Shown: positions 51,501 through 64,000, numbered from the stretch's first letter. The stretch is 64,000 nucleotides of DNA from Azolla caroliniana (GCA_043228905.1 JBHGNT010000020.1:6076001-6140000), one strand, 5' to 3'. Made by a program: numbers and translations. Notes: generated from the letters alone by a model not told the origin.

Positions 51501-54500
51501 ATGTAGGGTTTGGATATTCATTCACAATGCCAACATACACCACACACCAATACGATGATCAAATTGAGTTGAAGTTTTTTCATACAATCGACTTTACAAT
51601 TTTGAGGGCATCGTGATATTGGAAGACAGTGAAGGACTTAGGGAACCATATGGTGAGTGTGATTTTGACATGGATAATTTGAAGTAGCCTTAACAACACA
51701 TCATATATCTAATTGCTCTAAGTATGACTATGATCATAACAAAAGATGTCGGGTAATATGAAAAGAGGCCAATGTACTAATTGGGTGGGTTTCTTGTTGA
51801 TGTCACATGTGGACTTGTTGTCATTCTCTAATTGTTGGTTTAATAAGGAAATGGTTTCCATGCAAGTAGCTCAATTGGTAAGGTTGTTCGGCACAAATCC
51901 AAAGGTTGTGACCTCAACCCTTACATTTTGTAATGAATTCTAGTGTATATGATGAGATTTGAACTTAGAGACCCACATATGCAAGTATTTCTTTTCTAGA
52001 AAAACACTACTTCGCATTAGTTAGCAAACAAAATACAACAAATTCAAACACTAAGATCCACAATGACTAACCTTAGAGGGATCGATATATATAACAACTC
52101 CAAAATCAGCAAGACTCACGTTGTCCTTCCCCCCACAAATCTGGTAATAATCCCCACCCCCTCTTTTACAACAAAATTATCCCACCTACTCTTTTACAAC
52201 AAAGTTATCCAGGTAACACAACTACAGTAACTTACTTGTGCCACAACTATCTGTGCAAGTATTAGCTTAACACCCATATCAAAAAGTTTATTGTGCTCAT
52301 TCCTATGTACATAATAATGAGAAGTTTAAAAAAATATTTAACCGATATTCATCATTACATACGAAGATTAGTTTTTGAAGTATCCTTAAAAATTCTAGAA
52401 TGGAGGGTTTAAAATCACTATTGTTTATGTTGATAGAATATAACATAAAAAATGTTATATTCTTTATGCATAGACTTCCAAAACTTTGGTATTTATGTCT
52501 TTTCCGGTCTCTAGTTACATGCAAGTATCATGTGTAGAAGAGTCTATAGTTTGTCATATATAAGAGATGTTTTGCATGGGGTTTGTCCTCAATATTTGAA
52601 TGTTGTACCTCAATATTGTTAATTTTTTTATAAGACAAGGTCAATCCATTGTTATATCTTATCAACTATGGATGCCATTTTGGTGCAAACTATTTAGTCT
52701 TCATCACCCATTTTCATCTCATAATGAAACAATAACATTTCCTTTTATTTCTTTCAGCACTTTGGACTAAAAGCATTAAAGCTAACATTTGGCATAGAAA
52801 TTTATATATGTTTACAAGAATTTCTCTTTATCCTATCATGAATATTTCTTGTTTTCATCTTATTTTATCCTCACACATTATAGGCATGCGCACTAATAGA
52901 GGGAATAGGACATCTTTGTTCATTTAGTAAAATGAATAAGTCACATGAGAAGATTGATCAATGTCAGTAAGATGTCACGAAATTTTAGAGTTATCTAGGA
53001 CTTTAGCTTATGATGAGTCATGTAATGTTAGCTTAAAACATTAGTACCATTATTATATTATAGCTTGTCCAACTACTTTATATTTAGTATACACACTCAA
53101 ATAAAGCACAATGAAGTCCAACGTGATATCGCGGCGTTATATTAAGAGTTTGCACCATAAAGTTGTACGTCTCCTTGTCTTAGGGTTGCTAAAAACGGTG
53201 ATACGATGTTTTTATGAAAGAAGCCACCTTTTACAAAAAGACATCAAGCTTTAACAATGTTTTAGGGAGTGAATGTCCTGCATTTGTTTCAAGTGTCAAA
53301 TTAGTTAATTAGTTGGCGAAGTCGATCATTTGCGAGCCCGCATGTCAACATCAACCTAAACACTTATGATGAAAGCTAAAGCATCACTAGAATAGAATGT
53401 ACATTATATACTATCAAGTGTTACTTGCCTCTGAAGACCTAAAGAAGGAATAAAAGATCACTAACTCCCATGATTATGGCACAAAATTATATGCAAGTGA
53501 AATTATGTTTCAAGTATAATAATTTCATAGTTATATTTTAAGCGATCCAGATCAATAAGAATAATGTGCAATCATTGTATCAAAGAAAGAGCCTTCATTT
53601 GTCAAAAAAATGAAACTTAATTTGTTGACGTTCATGACAATTCTAATGGAAGTAGTTTTGGAAAAAAAAAACTACGTAAAGGAACTCCTTTAATCTTGTT
53701 AGAAGTAAGTTCACAACTGTAGTTGAGAAAATTACATTTTTTATTTTCCTTATGTCAAATTGAGTGATTATGATTTTAGTAAAAAACAAGAGGCTTCAAA
53801 ATATGTTGAAATGAAATATGCACAAATTGATCCGATTTTGGCCCATGAATGTTTATATAAATCTTCACAAAATATATGAATATAGCAATATTTCCTAGCT
53901 TGCCGTAGCAAAGGTTATATTTGGTCTTGTCTTCCATAATATATACTTGTGGAGATGAAACAATATTATATACTATTTGTATACTGCCTCTAGCCTTTTA
54001 TTAATACCAATGGAGCATATGTTTTATGGAAAAAAAAGAAGCAATATTTCCTACAAAATTTAAGCTTTTAGCATATTATTTAATCATCAGTAAATTCCTT
54101 GTAGATTATAGAAGGATGTAGTTAAAAGTATAGATAATATGGATAATTTCTAATTATAAGATACTTGAATTTGCTATATTGCTAATTGAAATAGACAGAA
54201 TGATGTCAATGTATGTATTTGATTCAATAATGATTACAACAGGTGGTAAGAGTGTGAGATTCAAATAATTTAGGCATATGATCATGGCACACTACACATG
54301 TAGTAGCACGCCTATGAGATGGAGTTTCTCATATTCATAGACTTTACTTAATTAGAGATTGAAGCGAATCATAATACAAATCACAAATACTTAATGAGAA
54401 CAACGAGAGATCATGGATTTCTTTATATATTATGTTTAATATTATATTAAAGTAGCTAAAGTAGGTTTCCAAAATTTGAGATTCTAGAGAACACATGCCT

Positions 54501-54692
54501 TTTTATATCTAATCCTATCCTTTACCATTTCATATCTTGTCATACAATGTTTAAATAAGCGATATCGCAAAAAATACGCGCATGCTTGTGAAAGTTGAGC
54601 TCTACTGAACAAAGGAAGATGATATTTTTAGCGAAGGTTTGTGGATGACTGATATGTCACTTGTTTTCCTTGTTGGGGATGTAAGGTGTACT

Positions 54693-55201
54693 TAACAATC
54701 GACAACGGTTCAGTTTAAACTAAACCTGACCATGAAACTGCGGCTTAACAACTTAACGGTTTGGTTTGGTTTGGTTTGGTTCAAGTTCAAGTTTTTTTAA
54801 CGGTTAGGTTTCGGTTTCAGTTTGGTTTGGGGGGTGAACCGTTTAGTTTGGTTTGGTTTTTGAAACTGCGGTTTAAAATGTTTATAAATCTTAATATTTT
54901 TTAAAATATATGTTTTAAACAACCTTTTCATTTTAAAGCCTAATTCTCACATTTTAGGAAAAATCTTTAAAAATTTGAAAAAATTTGAAATTTGAAATTT
55001 GACCTAATTTGAAAACCGAAACCAAACCACAAAACCACGGTTTTAACTGTTTAATGGTTTGGATTTTTTCTACTAGTTTGGTTTAAATGGTTTCATGGTT
55101 CGGTTCGGTTCGATTTAAGTTTCAAAATTTTTAAATAGTTTCGTTTTAAACAGGTTCGGTTTTGACACTCTTGAACCGAATCAAATTGTTGCCAATTGTT
55201 A
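54693..55201. mobile_element. hAT-type MITE (509 bp)
   Basis: 8-bp TSD GGTGTACT (54685-54692 and 55202-55209); imperfect TIR TAACAATCGACAAC / GTTGCCAATTGTTA; GGTTT subterminal repeats. Confidence 0.88.
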
Positions 55202-55214
55202 GGTGTACTTGAGT

Positions 55215-55365
55215 AACAACCCTTTTAGGATAGAGTCCCAACAATCATCCCCTGGTTGGAGTTCTTAGACCACAAATTTGGCGAGCAGTGCTTTGGAATG
55301 TGAGAGGGGATCAATAAGACCCATCCCTTCTCTTGACTTGGGTGAAGTGAGGACATGCCACCTTG
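55215..55365 (-). mobile_element. L1-type LINE fragment
   Basis: RWHVLTSPKSREGMGLIDP…KALLAKFVV matches the plant L1 'PK.EGGLG…ALLAKW' motif. Confidence 0.6.
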
Positions 55366-55849
55366 TTGTTGTGGTGTGGCCAAAGGTAGGAAGTGGGAAA
55401 ACGTAGGGTGGGGAGCGTGTGAAGAAGAGGAGAGAGATGTTAAAAGGAGAAAAAGAAAACATTAGAGAGAAGAAAAGAAAAAGGGGGGCAATGGTTTGTG
55501 TAGAGAGATTGAAAGGAATAAATTTAGATTTGTCACCACGACACGGATTAAGGAGAGCATTGAATGCAAAGGGCATGCCCTCTTCCTATAAAAGGAGGGG
55601 TTGAGGGCATATTTTGGGATGTTCTAGTCAAGCTCTTATGCGTTCTTCGCCTTTGACGTCTTCTGCGCTTTGCACTTGGAGGAGCTCAGGGAATAGATCA
55701 TCTAGCTCGTACGTTGGTCGCAAAAGAGAGAACGAAGTCACCTGAGAATAGTACCCCGACTCGTGGCGTTGGAGCCATCAATGGTAGCAATGGTCCAACG
55801 GCCCACTCATCTCGTCTTCATTGTAAGCTTAATCATTCCCCTCATATCC

Positions 55850-55880
<31 letters not shown>

Positions 55881-55967
55881 ACTGTTAGATTAGTGGTTGG
55901 CATAACCACGGCATTTGTACTCGCCTACCCTCTTTGTTGTACTCCCCGTGATATAAAGGGTTTCCCT

Positions 55968-56402
55968 TGTTACCGGCCGGCAAAGGAGTCCAGAGTGGGA
56001 AATGAAGAGTTATTTAAGTAGTAGGAATGTGGTTGTAATTAAGCTATGAGTGTGGACGGACGGACCGGAAACGGTATGGCGTTCCGGATCCGGACCAATC
56101 CCGAACAGGTGCGGATGGCACCGTTTTGTAATACAGACCGGAAACCTATTTAAAGGCCCGGATACAATGTAATCATTAGCGGTTAATTAATGAAAGCTTA
56201 AGCGTTGTTATCTCTCTGTGTTAATTGCCGTTCTGTCTTAATTGTTATATCTTACGCGTGTGTTATGAAAGACGATCATAATAAGTAACTTAATCAAGTA
56301 GGATTAAGCGTTGAGGTAGATCCGGTTGCAATAACACCCTTTGGGGAAGTGTCTTCCGTAGACACCCTGTGTTAGGCCATTGTCCGGCCCTAAGAGTTAA
56401 CA
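55968..56402 (+). repeat. 5' LTR
   Basis: TGTTACC…GTTAACA, with CCAAT, CCTATTTAAA and AATGAAA in plus orientation. Confidence 0.95.
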
Positions 56403-56406
56403 CAGT

Positions 56407-59183
56407 TTGGTGCACTTGAGCAAGGATGCAAAACCAGTGGCACAAAGACGGTACCGGATGAATCCCAATTATGCCGCCAAAGTAAAGGAGGAAATCGACA
56501 AACTGCTAAGAGTTGGCTTTATCCGTCCGGTAAAGAAAGCGACATGGCTGAGCCTGATCGTAGTCGTACTGAAGAAGAACGGAAAAATTCGAGTTTGCGT
56601 GGACTACCGGAAACTCAATGCGGCTACGGTAACGGATGCGTTTCCACTTCCGTTCATAGATGGAGTGTTGGATGCCGTCGCCGGCCATGAGGTCTATAGC
56701 TTCCTAGACAGATTCACCGGGTATAATCAGATCCAGATGCACCCTGACAACCAGGAGAAAACGACATTCGTCACCGAATGGGGGGTCTTTGTGGCCGTGG
56801 TGATGATGTTCGGACTCAAAACGACACTGGCAACATTTCAACGAATCATCATGGAAATCTTTGGTGAATATATACCGGCTTTTATGCAGGTTTTCCTTGA
56901 CGATTTCGCCGTCTATAGCCGGGAGGAGGACCATTTTCAGCACCTCCGTCTTTGTCTAGAAAAGTGTAGAGCGTACCGGCTAAGCTTGAATCCGGCAAAG
57001 TGTGTATTTGGAGTGTCCAGTGGAACTTTATTAGGACATATTGTGAGCCAGGAAGGTATTGCAGTCGACCCGGACAAAGAGAAAGCCATATTAGAAGCAC
57101 CAGCGCCAGCAACGGCAAAGGCATTAAGCCGGTTCTTAGGCCAGATCCGGTGGCACAGCCGGATGCTCCGATACTTAGCCGACCTGGCTACACCGTTGCA
57201 TGTCGTCGTACATCGGACACCATTCCAGTGGACCGACACCGAGGATAGAGCGTATAGGGCCCTCAAGGTACTATTGTCGCAGGCACCGGTAGTACAACCT
57301 CCGGATTGGAGTAAAGAATTTCACGTGTTCGTAGACGCCTCCGACATAGTAATCGGAAGCGTACTTATGCAGCTTACGGAGCCAAAATGGTACCGGCCAG
57401 TGTACTATGCCAGCCGAAAGCTATCCCAAGTAGAACGAAACTACTCTACCACGGAACGGGAAGCTCTAGGGATGATCTACAGTGTGACAAAGTTTCGGCA
57501 TTATTTATTGGGAAGGAAGTTTTCCTTCCATGTAGATCATTCGGCACTCCTTTACCCGGTGTCCAAAGCGTCACTCACCGGCAAATTGGCCCGGTGGACC
57601 TTATTGTTACAGGAGTTCGAGTTTGAAATATTCCACCGACCCGGTATACAGCATGCCGTAGCGGATTACTTAAGCCGATTGGAGTCCGGAGAGACGGGTG
57701 ACGGAGTAGCGGATGAGTTTCCGGATGCGGAGCTGTTTCGAGTCACTACGGAGACGGCAGTAGATGAGACGGTGGCCCAGGAAGACAAGTGGCTCACAAA
57801 TATGCACCAGTTTCTGAGCACAGGACTGCCTCCGGAAGAGCTGAACCGGGACAAACGGAAACGCCTGGCGGTGCAAAGCCGACATTTCTGCTTACTACAA
57901 GACACACTGTACCACAAGGGCGCGGACGACATATGGAGACGGGTGGTGCGCAACGATGAAAAGGAACTGATACTGAGGGAAGCCCACTGCGGAGTTGCCG
58001 AAGGTCACTATGCCGGAGATGCGACGGCCAGGAAAATATGGCAAAGTGGCCTATGGTGGCCAACGACACTAAGAGATGCGGTACGATACGCAAAAGAATG
58101 TGACCTATGCCAGAGAATGGGCCAGCCAACAGAGCAGGCTCGTATGCCACACCAACCGGTTCTACCACTCGAGCCATTCCAGAAGTGGGGGCTGGACTTT
58201 GTAGGACCCTTCAAACCACCGGCAATGAGAACAGGTAATCGGTATGTCATCGTTGCTACGGATTATTGCACGAAATGGGTGGAGGCCAAAGCATTAAGGG
58301 ATAACACCGCTGCGTCAACGACGAAGTTTCTATATGAGTACATCTAGTGCTGTTACGGATGCCCAATTGAATTAATAAGCGACCAAGGGGGGCACTTTCT
58401 CGGCCAAGTAGTGGAAAGCCTGACGACATTCTATGCCGTTGTCCACAAACGGAGCACACCTTACTATCCACAGGCGAACGGTTTAGCGGAATCAACGAAC
58501 AAGACGCTCCAAAATATCCTCCGGAAGATCGTCAACGAAAACCGGACGGATTGGGATACAAAGCTACATAGCGCGCTTTGGGCATACCGGACGGCATACA
58601 AAACGAGCATCCGAACAACACTGTTCCGGTTAGCGTTCGGACTAGAGGCGGTCATGTCGGTAGAATTCCAAGTACCCAGCTTACGGATCCAGCTACGGGA
58701 ACGGCTGAACGAGAAGGAGTCAGAGGCAATACGGTTGACAGCGCTGTGTGAGCTCGAGGAACAACGACTGGCCAACATCCTACATTTAGAATTGGAGCAA
58801 CGACGACGGAAAGCATTTGTCGACCGGCACAGGAAAGGTAACGAAAAAATGTTCGCAATCGGCAAACCGGTGTTAGTATTCCAAACCCGGATGGGCAAGA
58901 TGCCGGGCCGGGTAAACTACGGTTTAGATGGACTGGACCGTATTGGCTAACACGGGAGTATAATGGGTCCTACCAGTTAGGGACGCTTGCCGGCGAAGTG
59001 CTAGGCAAATGGGTCAACGGATTCCGGTTGAAGCCATATAGAGGACCGATGCCTAAGAACCCATTTGAGCAAAGGACCGACACCAGTGAGGGAAACGGCA
59101 ACCACCAAGACGGCAGAGAAGGCGAGCCGGTAACTGGGGAGAATGAGGCCGATAAGGGTCCGAGAGGACCAACGGACAAGTGA
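56407..59183 (+). pseudogene. Gypsy pol (RT-RNase H-integrase), disrupted
   Basis: [52 protein letters not shown] and VNGFRLKPY; in-frame TAG at 58345; CCGGG duplication frameshift at ~58905. Confidence 0.93.
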
Positions 59184-59561
59184 CGTCACACTAAATTAAT
59201 TATGGTTAAAAAAAATAAAAAATAAAAAATAAAATCATGCAAAAGCGAGGAATGAATGGATGAAAGAGCGAGGAGCGAAAAGGTACGTAGTGGGCATTTA
59301 AAGCGCCACCATAGGACATAATGCTATTTGAGTACACGACATGCACACACTCGAAAAAGGCGCCAGAATCACAGACAAAAACCACTGTGCGTAGAGACCC
59401 TTTACTTTCGCGAACCCAGGAGCACAGAAGCACCAAGACGCTGCAAGATCATTAGACGAGAACCTGCGCACAGAGAACCCCCGCCTTCTGAACTCTCTCT
59501 CTCTCAACCTCACTCTCATCACCATCCAACCTCGCCACCGCAATCCGACCTCGACACAGAA

Positions 59562-62348
59562 ATGGACCCGCAAACGTTGTTGGAAGCCGCCAAGACATGG
59601 CTAAAGCAACACAGGCTTGAGGGCTTCTTGATGATGATGGAAGTACCGCCACACAAAGAAGCCGACAAAGTGATCAAAGAAATCGACACAGAGGTCATAA
59701 CGACAGAGGCGATTCAAGCATTAACAGGCCTTCCGGAGGGAGGCATACTCACGATCGACAATCCAACCCCGGAGCAACTCATCAGGTATTTTGGTGAGTA
59801 CTCTCTAGCCAGCAAGGGCTACCGGACACAGGGCGGCGGAGATATGCTGTTCCGCGAAATTGCTTGTGTGCTCCACGAGTACGGCCACGTGTACCCTAGA
59901 CCCCCTGTCATGCCGCAGAACCGGGCAGGGATGATCATTGCCACCTATGAAGGGATCAAGGTGGATTGGCCGGTATTGATCGCAGACGGGTTGTGTGCGG
60001 CCATCGAAATCGTCAGAGGCAAAGATGGCAAAGAAGGCCGAGACGGACGGAGGATATGGCACGCAGTAACGCAGTGGCTCACCTTGCTTGTGCCACCCGT
60101 CCAGCCCGTCCAGCCCAAGAAGCGAGGAAGAGTGGCAGACGGCACCCCAAAGACGGCTTCCAAACGACAACAGCTGTTGGCCTCTAAGGCCACTAAGGGA
60201 AAGGCGGCGGATGTAGAACAGGCGGCAGTAGGAAGCGGCAGTCGGAAGCGCCCAACGGAGGCGCAGGAGGAACCACCGGCACGGCCCGTAAAGGTCACAC
60301 TTCGCCGACCGGTGAATAGAGAAGCAGACTTCTTGGCGGCAAAACTCAATGCCGGAGCTCAGGAGGAGGAAATAGAGGAGGAGCCCACGGAGCACCTCCA
60401 GCGACGGTCGTCGGCAAGGACCGTTGAGACAGCCGGGAAACGTTCGGACCCTCAGACGGAGGGAACACCGGCTCCCCTTAGTGAGACTCCCACGCCAAGG
60501 AAGGAACCAGAACCGATGCATATGGCACCGGAAACAGAAGCCCCGGCACCACCGGCAACACCGGCAAGTCCCATCCTGCCAGAGCCGGAAAGGTCAATGC
60601 AGCCTCCCTCGGTCAGCCAAGAAGAAGCGCAAGGGGAACCAGGACAGCAGGGTGGTCCACGGGCAGAAACGGAACTACAACTCGGCGCAACCAGGCGGGA
60701 CCACCCCTCTACAAGTGAGCCCATCTGTCAAACCTCCGTGCAAGCACAACAAGGCACCGGTAGCCTGTGGCTCCGGTGGATAGGCGAATAGATAGCCGGA
60801 GTAGTGGGGTATATTGAGGCGGAAGAAAGAGCTCAAAGCGAACGGTTGCTCGTCACAACTGAACAACTAGAGACGGCCTGGTCCAGAATCCGGTGCCTTG
60901 AAAAAGACTTGGATCAGGTCACGACAGAGATGGCCAAAATGGCCTTAACGGCAACACAGATCCAATCACAGGTGACTCCGGTAAGTGTACAGAATAAAGA
61001 AACGGAAAGACCTGTACATATCAATACGACCCCGGCAACGGAAACCGTTCCGGCGAGAGATGCGGCGCAAGCCCATGAGCTTACGGAATTGAGAGATGAA
61101 CTTGCCGCACAAGAAGCGCTAAGGAGCCGTGAACGAGAATTGAAGACAACGGCCGAAGCCGAATTAAAGAAGACTGCTGAGAACCTCCGCCGGGCAGAGG
61201 AGAGCCTCCGGAAAGGCCATCAAGCGTACGACCGGGTAAAGGAGGAGAAAGACAAAGTGCTGTAGGGAAAGGACAAGCTGCGGAAAACGGCGGAAACAGA
61301 GATTGAACGGCTAAAGGAAGAGCTCCGCCAGCAGAAGGACCGCGAGGACCGGGCCCGTCGTCAGATCAACGCACGGCTCAAGCAAAAGACAGATGATTTT
61401 GAGCACCTGCACCGGGACTACAAACGGCTGGAAACGGAGCATAAAGAATGGATGGCCGAGCTTCAGCAAGTAGTTGATCGGGCCGCGACGGCGATGGCCG
61501 ACGAACGTGCGGAATATACAAGACGCTTGGACGAGGCGGAGAAGGTCCGGATGGAGCTCCAGAGGCAGCAACAGGAAGACAAAGAGAGAGCGTCAACAGT
61601 ATTGCAGAAATTACAAAGCACATATCAAAGGCAATTGACGCATTACAAGGCGCAGGCGGAGGACAACGTCAAAATCATCAAACAACTGAAGGAGGAACGA
61701 CAAGCGGCGGAAACCAAATCGCAATTGGGAACGAGCCGGATTTAGTCCATCCTCCGGGCATGGCTGAATCAGACAAAACACTTGATTGATGAAAGCTCCG
61801 TAAAATGGTGGACAAAGTGGGCACAAAACGCGGCGGAACTCCAGTTGCTACGGGCAGATGTGGCAAACCGGCGGAAGGAAGGAGATGATTGTTATACGTT
61901 GACTTCCGAGGACTTCACCGCCATACGGGACGAGTTGGCCGACGACTTCCAAGTCCTGGCAGATGAACAGCTGGCGCAGGTCAGGCAGCTCGCAGCTCAG
62001 CTAGACGATGATAGGCTGGACGCTCAAATCCAGTTTGAAAGCTACGAGCGGTCCCGGGTTCGGGAAGAAAAAGCACGGGAAGCGGCAACAGTTAACCTTA
62101 GTGATGAGGAACCGTCACCGGCTGAGGGCCAGCCGGGAACCAGTCAACCGGAGACCACTACGACGCAGGGAGCAACGACGGAGCCGCCAGTGTCAGAGCC
62201 ACAAATGGAGGAGCAGCCACAACAACCACCAACGGACCCGCCGCAGCAGACATCAACAGGGCAACATCAACAACAACAACAACCACTTCCAGATGAACCA
62301 TTGGAGCCTCTCGAACAAAGCATTCTGGACATTTTGGACGAAGAATAG
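59562..62348 (+). pseudogene. Extra retrotransposon ORF (~929 codons) with three in-frame TAG stops
   Basis: ORFs 59328, 60804, 61452 and 61782 share one frame; globular N-terminus, Pro/Glu-rich linker, long coiled coil. Confidence 0.8.
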
Positions 62349-62358
62349 CAAGGGTCGG

Positions 62359-62400
62359 TTGTGGATTCGACGTACAAGGTACTGTCCCACGGGCGTGCCA
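62359..62400 (-). other. tRNA-Arg-type primer-binding site on the minus strand, next to the 3' LTR in place of a PPT
   Basis: Minus strand reads LTR-AACA CA TGGCACGCCCGTGGGAC, then 13 nt, then TCGAATCCACAA. Confidence 0.75.
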
Positions 62401-62402
62401 TG

Positions 62403-62837
62403 TGTTACCGACCGACAAAGGAGTCCAGAGTGGGAAACGGAGAGTTATTTAAGTAGTAGGAATGTGGTTGTAATTAAGCTATGAGTGTGGACAGACGAAC
62501 CGGAAATGGTATGCCGTTCCGGATCCGGACCAATCCCGAACAGGTGCGGATGGCACCGTTTTGTAATATAGACCGGAAACCTATTTAAAGGCCCGGATAC
62601 AATGTAATCATTAGCGGTTAATTAATGAAAGCTTAAGCGTTGTTATCTCTCTGTGTTAATTGCCGTTCTGTCTTAATTGTTATATCTTACGTGTGTGTTA
62701 TGAAAGACGATCATAATAAGTAACTTAATCAAATAGGATTAAGCGTTGAGGCAGATCCGGTTGCCGTAACACCCTTTGGGGAAGTGTCTTCCGTAGACAC
62801 CCTGTGTTAGGCCATTGTCCGGCCCTAAGAGTTAACA
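62403..62837 (+). repeat. 3' LTR
   Basis: Direct repeat of 55968-56402. Confidence 0.95.
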
Positions 62838-63012
62838 TCCCTTTTGGTAAATCAAACGACTGTAATATGAAACAAGGCTTTTGGTCATAATCTTGTGTTG
62901 TCATGTATTAATACTGTGACTATTACTTTAGTTGCTTACCCATACTGTGATTATTACGTTTATCACCTATCCTTCCCTAAACTCGTGCACTAACCACAAC
63001 TTATTTCCAAAT

Positions 63013-63830
63013 GAGAGAGAGATAGATAGATTATATTATCGTCTTCAGAGGTCAAATATGACCTATGAGACCAAAAATAAAACATTTCACGTGATACGTG
63101 TGAAAGTGAGTAGCGACTCTCGATGTTCAAGAACTTTACCAATGAATGTTGCAATCGAGAGTGCACATTGTGGTTGTGAGAGAAATTCATGCAAGGATTG
63201 GGCTCGGTCAAAGAGATGTGGAAAGCATGGTTGAATATGATCAAAGGCAGAGCATTGTATCAAAGTGTGATACTCAGACTCTCGAACTTGTTTAGGGCAA
63301 AGTGTGCATAGCCGACCACTCTCATCACTTGTGCCCCAACGCCCCGTCTCACATCGCAATGCATGTGAGCTAAGTCGCATGGACGCAATGGTTCGAATGA
63401 CAGATAATGAGATGGGCTCTAACATGTATCCATGTGTACGGTTTCCCTGTTTCGTGAAGAATATGGTTTTGTAGTTAGGTGCAACATGTGTAGTATAATG
63501 TGTGAAGCTTGAGACATTTGTCCCATGTCATGATACATTGGTGTTGCAAAAAGGCCGCATTTATTGAGGAATCTAGTGATGCATCATGAAGCAAGTGTCT
63601 TGCATCCCATCTACCAAACCATTTTTCTATATCTCGCGTCCAACTGGAACACAAAATTTTGCTTTATGCGTCTTTTGGATCTTTTTGCTTGATTCCCATG
63701 CAATTATAGGAAGTCGATGTGAGGGACTTTTTTGAACCTTAAGCATGTATTCAACAACCCTTTCCATGGCCATGCTCTCAATGGGAAGAGATCCCGTCTC
63801 AAGGAGGTAGAGGGCGTAGGGTGTAGAGAG
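63013..63830 (-). mobile_element. RTEX-like LINE family 2, 3' fragment
   Basis: MRLSSHALRCETGRW…LCTLC…ESEYHTLIQC; 3' hairpin AGGTCA-AATA-TGACCT; (TCTA)/(TC) tail. Confidence 0.85.
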
Positions 63831-63863
63831 ATAGAGAGAGAGAGGAAAGTTTAGAATAGGTCT

Positions 63864-64000
63864 CTCCCTTTGACTTTGGGCTTCCTTCGAGTCTAAGCTC
63901 CCTTGAAGTTTAGCTCTATTCGACTATGTATTCTGTTCGAGTTTGAGCTCCCTTCGACTCTAGGCTCCCATCGAGTCTAAGCTCTCTTCGACTATGGGCT
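63864..64000. repeat. 17-bp minisatellite (~8 units, runs off window)
   Basis: CTCCCTTCGAGTCTAAG-like units. Confidence 0.8.

Larger units (their letters stand above)
55968..62837 (+). mobile_element. Ty3/gypsy non-chromovirus (Athila/Phygy/Selgy-like) LTR retrotransposon lacking gag-PR, with extra 3' ORF
   Basis: 435-bp LTRs at 55968-56402 and 62403-62837 (TG…CA, ~14 mismatches counted by eye); 5-bp TSD TCCCT; RT-RH-INT order; no chromodomain. Confidence 0.95.
55370..62998 (+). mobile_element. LTR-like host sequence (55370-55967 plus 62838-62998) split by the gypsy insertion
   Basis: TGTGGT…ACCACA inverted ends, TATA CCTATAAAAGG near 55585; no TSD found. Confidence 0.45.

Noticed and set aside
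48700-54600. Genes in the AT-rich intergenic stretch
   Set aside because: Only short ORFs with no coherent exon chain; probably old TE debris that I cannot classify.
62340-62400. Genuine tRNA gene, or GAAGAATAGCAAGGG as the PPT
   Set aside because: No 5' half, D arm or anticodon arm, and CCA is encoded; the purine patch is interrupted and ~50 nt from the LTR.
56500-62420. Minus-strand ORFs as the true genes of a minus-oriented element
   Set aside because: Short shadow ORFs of GC-rich coding sequence with no gag or pol motifs; LTR promoter signals face plus.

Overview
Eukaryotic land-plant genomic DNA, most likely a seed-free plant such as a fern; an intact flagellar IFT gene indicates a lineage with motile sperm. 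There are two minus-strand host genes. (1) WDR35/IFT121: 21 GT-AG exons were traced by hand from 35802 down to 8663 (about 1106 codons); the C-terminal exon was not found in the window. Its introns and 3' side are packed with RTEX-like LINE copies, solo LTRs and a MITE. (2) A subfamily-XII (CIB/BEE-like) bHLH gene at about 44432-40285 with a very long low-complexity N-terminus. The rest is intergenic TE debris: a copia 3' end, a hAT MITE, a second LINE family, an L1 fragment, and a two-LTR Ty3/gypsy element (55968-62837, TSD TCCCT). The most unusual signal is in this gypsy element. Where the polypurine tract should sit before the 3' LTR, it carries a sense copy of a tRNA-Arg-like 3' end (…GTCCCACGGGCGTGCCA plus a T-arm match), i.e. 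a primer-binding site on the minus strand, suggesting tRNA-primed plus-strand synthesis. It also lacks gag-protease and has a ~929-codon extra ORF. A perfect 182-bp x ~9.7 tandem array made from LINE RT sequence is the second highlight. All coordinates were read by eye and no database searches were run.
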